NCBI GenBank assembly: GCA_003858585.1
Contig: RQZE01000009.1
Span: forward strand, 43,356-75,355
DNA length: 32,000 nt
Source of the DNA: Erysipelotrichaceae bacterium OH741_COT-311
Lineage (GTDB): Bacteria > Bacillota_I > Bacilli_A > Erysipelotrichales > Erysipelotrichaceae
Reading direction: 5' to 3'
Shown here one piece after another: positions 10,199 to 19,348 of the stretch. The notes under the pieces were generated by a model. That model worked only from the letters and a program-made list of their open reading frames with translations. It had not been told where the DNA came from and searched no databases. Each line of letters opens with the position of its first letter. Within the stretch, counting starts at the first letter, position 1. The position numbers and the translations under genes are program-made.

Positions 10199-10525
10199 AT
10201 GATTGTCACAACAACAAATACCATTGAACATTATGAGATTGTAGAATACATTGATGTTGTCTTTGGTGAAGTCGTATCAGGAGTAAATTATTTAAAGGAT
10301 ATTGGAGCGTCATTTAGAAATTTGGTTGGAGGTCGAAGTGAGGGTTACGAAGAAGAATTGATTACTGCCCGTTCTCTTGCGATTAAAGAAATGAAAAAGC
10401 GTGCCAGTGAACTTCAAGCGGATGCCATTGTAGGTGTAAAAGTAGATTGTGAGGTTTTGGGAAGAGATGGTACAATGTTGATGGTTACGTGTATGGGAAC
10501 AGCGGTTAGATTACAAAAGAAATAA
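10199..10525 (+). CDS. YbjQ/UPF0145 family protein
   Basis: Full-length resemblance to YbjQ-type proteins (IVEY..V.GE...G.N...D.....R...GGRS..YE.EL...R..A...M...A...GADA.VG...D.E.....G.MLMV...GTAV). A strong AGGAGG SD is present. Confidence 0.85.
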   Translation: MIVTTTNTIEHYEIVEYIDVVFGEVVSGVNYLKDIGASFRNLVGGRSEGYEEELITARSLAIKEMKKRASELQADAIVGVKVDCEVLGRDGTMLMVTCMGTAVRLQKK

Positions 10526-10558
10526 TTGAGGAACGTAAATAAGGATAGGAGGTGTTTT

Positions 10559-11023
10559 ATGACAATTAATATGATTAATAAGGTAAAAGGAAATCGCTTA
10601 ATTCAAACATATCGTAAAGATTATGAATTTTTAATGCATAAGACATTAGATTATCTTAATTTACATCAAGACTATATGATATCGATTATTTTTGTAAATG
10701 ATCGTTTTATTCAAAACATTAACAAACAATATCGTAATAAGGATATGCCAACCGATGTAATAAGCTTTGCTTTGGTAGATGATTCTTTAGTGGAGCTAGA
10801 AGTTATGGAAGAGCTTGGGGATGTATTTATTAATTATGATGCAGCATTACGACAAGCAAAGGAGTATCAGCATTCTTTAAGACGTGAAATGTGTTTTCTA
10901 TTTGTTCATGGATTATTACATTGTTTAGGTTATGATCATATCAATAAAGAAGAGGAAAAAGAAATGTTCGAACTACAAACTAAGATTTTAGATGATTACA
11001 TTTCTAGAGAAAATGATGCGTAA
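10559..11023 (+). CDS. ybeY: Endoribonuclease YbeY (16S rRNA maturation)
   Basis: Zinc motif HGLLHCLGYDH. I place the start at ATG 10559, 6 nt after AGGAGG (10547-10552). The ORF-track TTG at 10526 has no SD. Confidence 0.92.
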   Translation: MTINMINKVKGNRLIQTYRKDYEFLMHKTLDYLNLHQDYMISIIFVNDRFIQNINKQYRNKDMPTDVISFALVDDSLVELEVMEELGDVFINYDAALRQAKEYQHSLRREMCFLFVHGLLHCLGYDHINKEEEKEMFELQTKILDDYISRENDA

Positions 11024-11345
11024 ATTTCAAGTAGCTATCTTAGGTTTAAAGCATATTGTTAAAGATTCATCCATTTTGATTCAAATAGTGATTGGTATGG
11101 TTGTGCTTGTTGTATCGGTTTGGTTAGGCTTAAGTAAATTCGACTTGATGTTTGTCGGTGTGTTAATTGTATTGGTGATAGTCTGTGAAATCATTAATAC
11201 TGCAATAGAGCGTCTTTGTGATTTATACACTACACAAGTCAATCCTCAGGTAAAGTATATTAAGGACCTAATGGCGGGTTGTGTACTATTTGTAAGTGTA
11301 TTTGCTCTAATCATGGGGCTTGTTATTTTTATTCCATATATTTAA
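11013..11345 (+). CDS. dgkA: Diacylglycerol/undecaprenol kinase (DgkA family)
   Basis: Three TM helices and the conserved EIINTAIERLCD motif. The start is ambiguous (10992, 11013 or 11016). All three candidates overlap the ybeY 3' end. Confidence 0.82.
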   Translation: MMRKFQVAILGLKHIVKDSSILIQIVIGMVVLVVSVWLGLSKFDLMFVGVLIVLVIVCEIINTAIERLCDLYTTQVNPQVKYIKDLMAGCVLFVSVFALIMGLVIFIPYI

Positions 11346-11358
11346 ATAGGAGGAAGTT

Positions 11359-11754
11359 ATGAAAGATAAAGTATTAGATTTAGCGTTTGAAGCAATGGGC
11401 AATGCTTATGCTCCATATTCAAACTATCATGTAGGAAGTTGTGTTTTATGTAAAGATGGAACTACATTTTTAGGGGCCAATGTAGAAAATGCTTCTTATG
11501 GGGCAACGAATTGTGGAGAACGTAGTGCTATTTTCGCGGCTTATTCACATGGATATCGTAAGAAAGATATAGAAATGATTGCTATCGTATCGGATGGAAA
11601 CACTTTAGCTGCACCTTGTGGTGTTTGTCGACAAGTTTTAAATGAATTGTTGGATAAAGATACTCCAATTATCTTATCAAATAAAAAAGAGTATAAGGAA
11701 ACAACAATAAGTGAACTTTTACCAATGAGTTTTTCTGGTGAAGATTTGCAATGA
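11359..11754 (+). CDS. cdd: Cytidine deaminase
   Basis: Zinc-binding motifs CGERSAI (C/HAE type) and PCGVCRQ. The length is 131 aa and an AGGAGG SD is present. Confidence 0.93.
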   Translation: MKDKVLDLAFEAMGNAYAPYSNYHVGSCVLCKDGTTFLGANVENASYGATNCGERSAIFAAYSHGYRKKDIEMIAIVSDGNTLAAPCGVCRQVLNELLDKDTPIILSNKKEYKETTISELLPMSFSGEDLQ

Positions 11755-12647
11755 AATCCGGATTTGTAGCTTTAATAGGACGACCAAATGCCGGGAAAAG
11801 TACACTGTTGAATGCTTTATTACAGACCAAATTAGCGATTGTTTCAGATAAACCTCAAACAACAAGAAATGCAATACGAGGTATTTTTAACGATGAAGAA
11901 AGCCAAATCATCTTCATTGATACTCCAGGGATTCATAAGCCCATTCATACCTTAGGTAGTCAAATGAATAAGCAGGCTTATGCTCAAATGAGTGGGGTAG
12001 ATATTGTATATTACATTGTAGATGCAACATCTCCATATGGAAGTGGAGATGAGTTTGTACTTAACTTAATTCAAGAAGTTGGTTGTAAAGTGTTCTTGGT
12101 GTTAAATAAAATTGATGGTTTAACAAAAGAAGAAATTACAAATGTATTGTTACAGTGGAACAAGCGTGGAAACTTTAGTGAAATTATACCGATTTCAGCT
12201 TTAACACAAGAGAACTTACAGGAATTACTCTTAACGACAAAACAACATCTAGAGGATGGAGTTATGTATTATCCTAAAGATCAGAAAAGTGATTATCCGG
12301 AGCAGTTTATTATTAGCGAGATTATAAGAGAAAAAATAATATATTTAACATATGATGAGGTTCCTCATAGCATCGCTGTTGTGATTGAGAAGATGGGACG
12401 TAAAAAAGGTGTACTATGGATGAGCTGTTTAATTCTAGTAGATCGTGATTCCTTAAAAGGCATTATCATTGGTCATAGTGGGAATATGATTAAAAAGATT
12501 GGACAATTATCACGTCAAGAGTTAGAGGGTATCTTTGGGGAAAAAATCTTTTTAGAATTATTTGTTCGTGTCGAAAAAGATTGGCGTAACAAAAAGGCAA
12601 AGCTTCAACAGCTTGGTTATATCGCTTTAGAGGTTGATGATGAATGA
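11751..12647 (+). CDS. era: GTPase Era
   Basis: G1 GRPNAGKSTLLN, G3 DTPGIH, G4 LNKID and a C-terminal KH domain. There is an ATGA overlap with cdd. Confidence 0.95.
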   Translation: MKSGFVALIGRPNAGKSTLLNALLQTKLAIVSDKPQTTRNAIRGIFNDEESQIIFIDTPGIHKPIHTLGSQMNKQAYAQMSGVDIVYYIVDATSPYGSGDEFVLNLIQEVGCKVFLVLNKIDGLTKEEITNVLLQWNKRGNFSEIIPISALTQENLQELLLTTKQHLEDGVMYYPKDQKSDYPEQFIISEIIREKIIYLTYDEVPHSIAVVIEKMGRKKGVLWMSCLILVDRDSLKGIIIGHSGNMIKKIGQLSRQELEGIFGEKIFLELFVRVEKDWRNKKAKLQQLGYIALEVDDE

Positions 12648-13371
12648 TGTTATACAAGCGATAGTCTTAAAGACAAGTGAATATAAAGAGAATGATTTAT
12701 TGGTCTATGTTTTAGCGAAACAATATGGTAAGTTAACACTTATTTGTAAAGGTGCTAGAAAAATGGGAAGTAAATTAAATGCGATTGTACAAGTTTCTAA
12801 TTGCAGTGAATTTATCATAGATTACGCATTTCATAAATCAATGTTTATGATTAAAAGTGGTAAAGTCATAGAAACCTATAAAAAATTTAGTAACGATTTA
12901 GAGTTATCTTTAATGATGCAGTTAATGGTAGAAATTGTTTACAAATTAGAGGTTGATGAATGGAATGATGAACTTTATGAGCTATTACTTACCGTTTTTC
13001 AAAAAATTACAAAAGAAAATCAATATTTACTAGGTTGTTATTTCATGGCTCAATTACTATCCTATTTAGGAATCAAGCCTTATGTAGATAGTTGTGTAAA
13101 GTGTAAAAATGTGAAAATCAAATCTATTTCAATGATACATGGCGGTTTTATTTGCACTCGATGTTTTAATGAAAGTGAATATCGTAATCTTACTATCAAT
13201 CAGTTAAGAAAATTTCGTTTTATCAATAAAGTAACTTGGAAAAACGTTTTAAGCTTAGCGTCTGAATGGTATGATATGGAGGATTTTAAGTTATTGATAG
13301 AATTTCTGATTCATAATTATCATCTATCCCTCAATACGTGGGACTTTTTGCTTTCTTTAAACATTGACTAA
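12640..13371 (+). CDS. recO: DNA repair protein RecO
   Basis: N-terminal OB-fold pattern (AIVLKTSEYKENDLLVYVL) and a Cys4 zinc finger (CVKCKN...CTRC). It sits after era as in Bacillus. Possible starts are TTG 12634, ATG 12637 and ATG 12640; I chose 12640 because it lies 6 nt after AGAGG. Confidence 0.85.
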   Translation: MNDVIQAIVLKTSEYKENDLLVYVLAKQYGKLTLICKGARKMGSKLNAIVQVSNCSEFIIDYAFHKSMFMIKSGKVIETYKKFSNDLELSLMMQLMVEIVYKLEVDEWNDELYELLLTVFQKITKENQYLLGCYFMAQLLSYLGIKPYVDSCVKCKNVKIKSISMIHGGFICTRCFNESEYRNLTINQLRKFRFINKVTWKNVLSLASEWYDMEDFKLLIEFLIHNYHLSLNTWDFLLSLNID

Positions 13372-13392
13372 TTGTTTGAAATTCGTTATATT
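13364..13392 (+). promoter_or_regulatory. Candidate sigma-A promoter for glyQS (TTGACT-17 nt-TATATT)
   Basis: -35 TTGACT at 13364-13369 overlaps the recO stop. The spacer is exactly 17 nt and the -10 TATATT is at 13387-13392. Confidence 0.5.
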
Positions 13393-13428
13393 TATTATTG
13401 ATATTTGAAAGGAATAGTGGGTGATAAT

Positions 13429-14808
13429 ATGGTTGCTAAAACATTTGAAAAAGTAGTAAATCATGCAAAAAATACAGGTTTTGTGTATCAAGGTTCTGAA
13501 ATCTATGGAGGATTAAGTAATACATGGGATTTTGGTCCGTTAGGAGTAGAATTAAAAAATAATATTAAGAATGCATGGTGGAAAAAATTTATTCAAGAAG
13601 ATCCTAATAATGTTGGTATCCAATCAGCAATTTTAATGAATCCTAAGGTATGGCAAGCAACAGGTCACTTAGCTGGATTTTCAGATCCTCTTATGGATTG
13701 TAAGCAATGTAAAACAAGACATCGTGCTGATCATTTAATTGAGATGCAAAGTGAAGGGAAAGTTGTTCCGGAAGGTTGGAGTAATGAAGAAATGGTTCGT
13801 TATATTCAGGAGCATAATGTTGCATGTCCGGATTGTGGAGGACATAACTTTACCGATATTCGTCAATTTAATTTAATGTTTAAAACATTTATTGGAACAT
13901 TAGAAGATAACAAGAGTGCAGTTTATTTAAGACCGGAAACAGCCCAAGGGATGTTTGTAAACTTTAAAAATGTTCAACGTACAATGCGTAAGAAATTACC
14001 ATTTGGAATTGGGCAAATTGGTAAATCGTTTCGCAATGAAATCACACCAGGTAATTTCATCTTTAGAACACGTGAATTTGAACAAATGGAATTAGAATTT
14101 TTCACACAACCAGGAACAGATTTACAATGGTATGAATATTGGAAAAATTACTGCATGGATTGGATTTTATCATTAAATGGAAATCGTAAAGAGAATTTAC
14201 GTTTTCGTGATCATACACCGGAAGAATTAAGCTTCTACTCAAAAGCAACTTGTGACATTGAGTATTTATTCCCATTTGGTTGGGGTGAAATCTGGGGGAT
14301 TGCAGATCGTACGGATTATGATTTAAAACAACATGCTGAATTTGCAAATGTGAATATGGAATATTTAGATCCAACTACAAATGAGAAATATATTCCATAT
14401 TGTGTAGAACCAGCTGTAGGGGTAGAACGTTTATTTTTAATGTTTTTGACAGAAGCGTATGATGAAGAAGTTATAGATGAAAAAGATACACGTATTGTTA
14501 TGCGTTTTTCTCCATATTTAGCTCCAGTGAAAGCTGCTATTTTACCTCTTTCAAAACAACTTTCGCCACAAGCAAAAGAGTTATTTACAACATTAGCAAG
14601 TGAATTTAATATTGATTTTGATGAAACAGGAAGTATTGGAAAACGTTATCGTAGACAAGATATGATTGGTACGCCATTCTGTATTACATATGACTTTGAT
14701 AGTTTAGAAGATCAAAGTGTAACAATTCGTTATCGTGATTCGATGGAACAAGTTCGTCTTCCAATCAGTGAAGTGAAAGACTTTTTAATGAAACAATGTA
14801 AGTTTTAG
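13429..14808 (+). CDS. glyQS: Glycine--tRNA ligase, homodimeric (alpha2) type
   Basis: Class II aaRS of the GlyQS type ([30 protein letters not shown]-terminal anticodon-binding domain). I place the start at ATG 13429 rather than the ORF-track TTG 13405. Confidence 0.95.
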   Translation: MVAKTFEKVVNHAKNTGFVYQGSEIYGGLSNTWDFGPLGVELKNNIKNAWWKKFIQEDPNNVGIQSAILMNPKVWQATGHLAGFSDPLMDCKQCKTRHRADHLIEMQSEGKVVPEGWSNEEMVRYIQEHNVACPDCGGHNFTDIRQFNLMFKTFIGTLEDNKSAVYLRPETAQGMFVNFKNVQRTMRKKLPFGIGQIGKSFRNEITPGNFIFRTREFEQMELEFFTQPGTDLQWYEYWKNYCMDWILSLNGNRKENLRFRDHTPEELSFYSKATCDIEYLFPFGWGEIWGIADRTDYDLKQHAEFANVNMEYLDPTTNEKYIPYCVEPAVGVERLFLMFLTEAYDEEVIDEKDTRIVMRFSPYLAPVKAAILPLSKQLSPQAKELFTTLASEFNIDFDETGSIGKRYRRQDMIGTPFCITYDFDSLEDQSVTIRYRDSMEQVRLPISEVKDFLMKQCKF

Positions 14809-14819
14809 GAGGATTAGAT

Positions 14820-16571
14820 TTGCGTATAGATGAAAATTTAATTCAAGAAATCAGAAATAGTGCAGACATTGTTGAAGTAATTAGCAATTACATACCTTTA
14901 ATCCGTAAGGGAAAAGCAGTTACAGCAGTTTGTCCTTTTCATGATGACCATTCTCCTTCATTATCTATTTCATCTGATAAGCAAATATATAAATGTTTTG
15001 TTTGTAATAATGGTGGTAATGTCTTTACATTCGTAAAGAATTTTGAATCGATTTCATTTCAGGAAGCTGTTGTTAAGGTCGCTAAAATAATAGGTAAGGA
15101 CATTACTTTTGAGTATAGCACAAAAGAAGTAAAGGACTTACCTTTTCAAGCTAGGTATGATGCTTTAGAAGAAATGATTAAGTTTACTCAATTTAATTTA
15201 AATACTGTTGATGGAAAAATTGCAAGTGAGTATTTAAAGAAGCGTAAGCTTGATGATAGTATTATTGATACTTTTCAAATTGGATACAATGGATTGAATA
15301 ATCAGGTGTATCACTATTTAAAAGCGAAAGGTTATCCAGATAGTGTGTTAGTGGAAAGTGATATTGTACGAATTAATGAATATGGTGTAAAAGATGTATT
15401 TGAACATCGTATTTTATTTCCTATTCATGATGTATATGGGTTACCAATCGGCTTTACCGCAAGAGCATTAGATTCTAGTCAAAGTAAATATATCAATACG
15501 AAAGAAACAGAGATCTATAAAAAGGGAGACGTTATCTATAATTATCATCGTGCCAAAACAATGGCTAAAAAAGAAGATAAGGTGTATTTACTGGAAGGGG
15601 TTATTGATGTTATTGCGATGTATAAGGCAGGTTATCATAATGCTGTGTGTAGTCTTGGAACTTCGTTAACTACAAATCAATTAAAAGAGATTAAAAGATT
15701 ATCCAATCATTTAGTGTTTTTCTATGATGGAGATGAAGCCGGATTAAATGCTACATACAAGGCAGCGATGTTAGCGAAAGAAAAAGGCTTTCACATTTCT
15801 GTCATTGATAATGATACCCAACTTGATCCAGATGAAATTCTTCATCAATATTCTATTGATAAGTTAAAAAAAATCATACGGAAAGAAATACCTTGGATTC
15901 AGTTTTTAATGAAATATTTAAAGACACATCTAAATCTGGAAAATTATAGTGATAAAAAGATGTTTACGCAGCGTATTCAGCATGAAATACAACAGTTAGA
16001 TGATGACTATGATCGACAGAACTTTGCTCAGCAACTATATGTTTTAACTGGCTATCAAGCAAACAGTTATCCGTTAACTAAAAAATCCACAAAGATAAAG
16101 CGGATGATTGAAGATGAAAGTAATATAGATAATGGTATTATTTTAGCTGAGTATGAAATTATAAATCAATTGTTAATAAGTAAGAAAGCCAGTCTTATAT
16201 TTAAAGAACAATTAGGTTTTTTAGTCAATCAAGAAGCTAATTTAATAGCGATGTTAATTTTAGATTATTATCGTACACATAATGAAATACAATTAAATGA
16301 ATTTATTGATGTGATGGTTGAAGACAGCCTAAGAAATCTTGTTTTAAAGATTTCAATGCTTGATTTTTTACCTCAAGTATTCAATGAAATAAAATTGCTT
16401 GGATCTATAAAAAGAATTAAAATAGAGTTATTAAAAGAAAAAGAACGTAAAATTAAAGAACAGATTGCTTTAATTGATAATTTGGAAAGTCAAAGAGTAT
16501 TGATTGAAGAGTTATCGAATTTACAATTAGAACGTAGGAGACTGATCGATGAAAACAAAAACGAACAATAA
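14820..16571 (+). CDS. dnaG: DNA primase
   Basis: Zinc finger [14 protein letters not shown]...[11 protein letters not shown] and TOPRIM motifs ([21 protein letters not shown]). The TTG start lies 7 nt after AGGAGG (14807-14812). Confidence 0.95.
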   Translation: MRIDENLIQEIRNSADIVEVISNYIPLIRKGKAVTAVCPFHDDHSPSLSISSDKQIYKCFVCNNGGNVFTFVKNFESISFQEAVVKVAKIIGKDITFEYSTKEVKDLPFQARYDALEEMIKFTQFNLNTVDGKIASEYLKKRKLDDSIIDTFQIGYNGLNNQVYHYLKAKGYPDSVLVESDIVRINEYGVKDVFEHRILFPIHDVYGLPIGFTARALDSSQSKYINTKETEIYKKGDVIYNYHRAKTMAKKEDKVYLLEGVIDVIAMYKAGYHNAVCSLGTSLTTNQLKEIKRLSNHLVFFYDGDEAGLNATYKAAMLAKEKGFHISVIDNDTQLDPDEILHQYSIDKLKKIIRKEIPWIQFLMKYLKTHLNLENYSDKKMFTQRIQHEIQQLDDDYDRQNFAQQLYVLTGYQANSYPLTKKSTKIKRMIEDESNIDNGIILAEYEIINQLLISKKASLIFKEQLGFLVNQEANLIAMLILDYYRTHNEIQLNEFIDVMVEDSLRNLVLKISMLDFLPQVFNEIKLLGSIKRIKIELLKEKERKIKEQIALIDNLESQRVLIEELSNLQLERRRLIDENKNEQ

Positions 16572-18282
16572 AAGTGAAACTACAAACGTTACAACAAAGA
16601 AGGCAGATGTTAAGAAAACAGTAAAAAAGGAAACAAGTAAAGTTTCTACTAAGACATCAAAAGAAAAGGTAGAAGCAAAAGCGAAAAAAATAGAAGTAGC
16701 TATAAAAAGTGAAAAGACTAAAAAGACAACTGTAAAGAAAGAAAAAGAAGTTTCTAAAAAGACAAAAGCCAATAAAGAAGTAGCGGTAAAGGAAGTAGTT
16801 TCAGAAAAAGAAAGAACAAAAAAAGCAGTGAAAAAAACAGCTGTTTCTGCTGAGACAAAAGAAGTAAAAAAACCAGTGAAAAAAGAAGAAAAGAAAGCTT
16901 CTCCTACCGTTTCTTCAAACTCAAATAAAGCAGCAGCAAAAAAGATGGCTGTTGAGGAAGCAAGTGTAAAACAAGAAAAAGTAAATAAAAAAGGTAAAAA
17001 GGAAGAGGTTATAGCTTTAAAAGAAGAACCTAAGAAAGCCAAGAGTGAAAAGACTTCAAAATCAAAAGTGAAAAAAGAGGAAGAAGTCATTAAAACAACA
17101 AAGGCTGATACAAAGGTGAATTCAAAAGGGGCTGTAAAATCACTGACAGAATTAAAAGAAGATTATAAACGTATATACAATGAAACAAAGGAATTAAAGC
17201 AAAAGGATGTTTTACAATCATTAGAAAAATTAGACATGTCAGATGATGATATGGAAGAGTTATATGATTGGTTTCAAAGTGAAGGTATTGTCATTAGTGA
17301 AGATGAAGATTTAGCACAAATGGAAGAGTTAGAGAATGATTTCATTGATGATGATCATTTTGAAACGGATGAAGAAGATGATGACCATCATGAAAAACAT
17401 ATTGATGTAGTAGCAAATTTTGGTTCTACAAATACGTATGTAAAAATTAATGACCCTGTAAAGATGTATTTAAAAGAAATTGGTCGAGTTCCATTATTAA
17501 ATCCAGAAGATGAACCTGAAATTGCAAAAAGAGTAGAAGCTGGTGATAATGAAGCTAAGAATATTTTAATCAGTTCAAATTTACGTTTAGTTGTTTCTAT
17601 TGCGAAAAAATATGTTGGTCGTGGGATGTTATTTTTAGACTTGATTCAAGAAGGGAATATGGGCTTAGTGAAAGCAGTTGAAAAGTTTGACTATACAAAA
17701 GGGTTTAAATTTTCAACTTATGCCACATGGTGGATCCGTCAAGCAATTACACGTGCTATTGCAGACCAAGCTCGCACAATTCGTATTCCGGTACATATGG
17801 TTGAAACAATTAATAAACTTACACGCATTCAACGTCAATTAGTACAGGAATTAGGACGTGATCCTTCAGCTGAAGAAATTGCAGCTAGAATGGATAATAA
17901 TATTACGGCTGAAAAAGTACGTGAAATTCAAAAGATTGCTTTAGAGCCAGTATCATTGGAAACACCAATAGGGGAAGAAGATGATTCTCATTTAGGTGAT
18001 TTCATCGAAGATAAAGATGCAATGTCACCAGACCAATATGCTAATAATCAACTTTTAAAAGATGAGATTAACATGGTTTTACAAGGCTTAACAGAACGTG
18101 AGGAAAAAGTGTTACGTTTACGCTTTGGTCTTGAAGATGGTAGAACAAGAACTCTGGAAGAAGTTGGAAAAGAATTTAATGTTACACGTGAACGTATACG
18201 TCAAATTGAAGCAAAGGCGTTAAGAAAATTAAAACATCCTACAAGATCAAAACGTCTAAAAGATTTCGTGGATAAAAATTAA
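16549..18282 (+). CDS. sigA: Primary RNA polymerase sigma factor (SigA/RpoD) with a 197-aa lysine-rich N-terminal extension
   Basis: Region 2 ([17 protein letters not shown]), region 3, and region 4.2 ([30 protein letters not shown]). An acidic region 1.1-like segment starts near aa 198. The ATG lies 8 nt after AGGAG and overlaps dnaG by 23 nt. Confidence 0.95.
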   Translation: MKTKTNNKSETTNVTTKKADVKKTVKKETSKVSTKTSKEKVEAKAKKIEVAIKSEKTKKTTVKKEKEVSKKTKANKEVAVKEVVSEKERTKKAVKKTAVSAETKEVKKPVKKEEKKASPTVSSNSNKAAAKKMAVEEASVKQEKVNKKGKKEEVIALKEEPKKAKSEKTSKSKVKKEEEVIKTTKADTKVNSKGAVKSLTELKEDYKRIYNETKELKQKDVLQSLEKLDMSDDDMEELYDWFQSEGIVISEDEDLAQMEELENDFIDDDHFETDEEDDDHHEKHIDVVANFGSTNTYVKINDPVKMYLKEIGRVPLLNPEDEPEIAKRVEAGDNEAKNILISSNLRLVVSIAKKYVGRGMLFLDLIQEGNMGLVKAVEKFDYTKGFKFSTYATWWIRQAITRAIADQARTIRIPVHMVETINKLTRIQRQLVQELGRDPSAEEIAARMDNNITAEKVREIQKIALEPVSLETPIGEEDDSHLGDFIEDKDAMSPDQYANNQLLKDEINMVLQGLTEREEKVLRLRFGLEDGRTRTLEEVGKEFNVTRERIRQIEAKALRKLKHPTRSKRLKDFVDKN

Positions 18283-18944
18283 TGCTATCCAAACGATTAC
18301 ACGCCGTTTACAAATTCATTGAAGAACGTAGCATCATTAGTGATGTAGGCACTGATCATGCTAAACTTCCATGCTTTGTGGTCAGTAGTGGCTTAAGCAG
18401 TAAAGCTTATGCGATTGATATTAAAGAAGGTCCATTATTACAAGCATTAAAGACGATTGAAGCACAGGCATTACAAGATAAGGTCATTCCTATACTATCG
18501 GATGGAATAAGTCATTTGCCTAGTGATTGTAATGCGGTAACGATTTGTGGCTTGGGTTGGTTAACTTGTGAAGATATTTTGATGAATGATATCCAAAGTT
18601 TATATAAATTGGACTATGTTATTGTTCAATTAAACAAAGATTATCATTTATTACGTAAATGGATTAGTGATCACCATTTTACAATTGTTGATGAAGAAAT
18701 TATTTATGATGGACATTATTATATTATTATAAAATTTAATACCGATTACCATGAATCTTACAGTGATTTACAAATTTTATTAGGACCTGTATTAATGCAA
18801 AAAAGAACTCCATTATTTATAGAGTACTTAGAGTATTTATTATTAAATTTAAAAGAAATTATTGTTAATGTGCCAAATGATAGTGAAGTTTATAACAATA
18901 TGCAAAAAGAAATTCAAATTATATGTTCTATACTAGGAAAATAA
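18282..18944 (+). CDS. trmK: tRNA (adenine22-N1)-methyltransferase TrmK
   Basis: DVGTDHAKLP motif and a length of about 220 aa. It sits directly downstream of sigA, like yqfN/trmK in Bacillus. There is a TAATG overlap with sigA. Confidence 0.85.
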   Translation: MLSKRLHAVYKFIEERSIISDVGTDHAKLPCFVVSSGLSSKAYAIDIKEGPLLQALKTIEAQALQDKVIPILSDGISHLPSDCNAVTICGLGWLTCEDILMNDIQSLYKLDYVIVQLNKDYHLLRKWISDHHFTIVDEEIIYDGHYYIIIKFNTDYHESYSDLQILLGPVLMQKRTPLFIEYLEYLLLNLKEIIVNVPNDSEVYNNMQKEIQIICSILGK

Positions 18945-18960
18945 TCCTAGTATTTTTTAT
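18931..18960 (+). terminator. Rho-independent terminator ending the dnaE-to-trmK array
   Basis: 8-bp stem TACTAGGA (18931-18938) / TCCTAGTA (18945-18952). The loop AAATAA contains the trmK stop and is followed by TTTTTTAT. Confidence 0.7.
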
Positions 18961-18986
18961 AAAAAAAAGACCATAGGGTCTATTTT
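18961..18986. terminator. Weak hairpin/terminator after rpsT
   Basis: 5-bp stem AGACC / GGTCT (18968-18981) with a 4-nt loop. It is flanked by A8 (T8 on the minus strand, downstream of the rpsT stop) and by TTTT on the plus strand. Confidence 0.4.
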
Positions 18987-19243
18987 ACAGAATCAACTGC
19001 TTTTGCTAAGCGTGATTTCATGCGTGAAACATAATTTGAATGCTTAATTTTTGATGTTAATGCTTTATCTAATAAAGAGTTAGCATGGTCAAAAGCAACT
19101 TTTGCATTTTCTGCATTGTTTGTTGCAACAGCCTCAAGTACTTTTTTGATTGCTGATTTTAGCTCTGATTTTGCAGCAGTATTTGTAACATTTCTTTTTG
19201 CGTTAGTAATTGCGCGCTTTTTTTGTGATTTAATATTCGCCAT
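18980..19243 (-). CDS. rpsT: 30S ribosomal protein S20
   Basis: MANIKSQKKRAITNAKRN... is a typical S20 N-terminus. The length is 87 aa and an AGGAGG SD is present. Confidence 0.95.
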   Translation of the reverse strand: MANIKSQKKRAITNAKRNVTNTAAKSELKSAIKKVLEAVATNNAENAKVAFDHANSLLDKALTSKIKHSNYVSRMKSRLAKAVDSVK

Positions 19244-19278
19244 AGTGCACCTCCTTTTATTTATATAAATGCTTGTAA

Positions 19279-19307
19279 ATTATACCAAAGCAATCAAGAA
19301 AATGCAA
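19279..19307 (-). promoter_or_regulatory. Candidate rpsT promoter (minus strand TTGCAT-17 nt-TGgTATAAT)
   Basis: The minus strand reads TTGCAT (19307-19302), a 17-nt spacer ending in TG, and TATAAT (19284-19279). Confidence 0.45.
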
Positions 19308-19322
19308 TAATATAACGAAATA

Positions 19323-19331
19323 TGCTATAAT
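19323..19331 (+). promoter_or_regulatory. Candidate extended -10 promoter (TGcTATAAT) for fmt
   Basis: TGCTATAAT lies 18 nt before ATG 19349. The -35 is poor. Confidence 0.4.
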
Positions 19332-19348
19332 TCTTTTTGGTGATTGAA

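Noticed and set aside
10526-10558. The ORF track gives N-terminal extensions for ybeY (10526), glyQS (13405), fmt (19337), srtB (20295), lepA (21044) and the permease (25749).
   Set aside because: These begin at non-ATG or SD-less codons. In each case an ATG preceded by a well-spaced SD gives an N-terminus matching the family norm. The lepA extension would also run through its own predicted promoter.
14102-14374. A 90-aa minus-strand ORF lies inside glyQS.
   Set aside because: It is nested antisense in a highly conserved aaRS gene, with no independent support.
16527-17090. A 187-aa minus-strand ORF (F/S/T/L-rich) lies antisense to the 5' part of sigA.
   Set aside because: It is the mirror image of the AAA/AAG/GAA-rich lysine/glutamate coding tract, which on the opposite strand reads as TTT/CTT/TTC with no stops. 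It has no SD, a nonsense-like low-complexity composition, and complete overlap with a well-supported gene.
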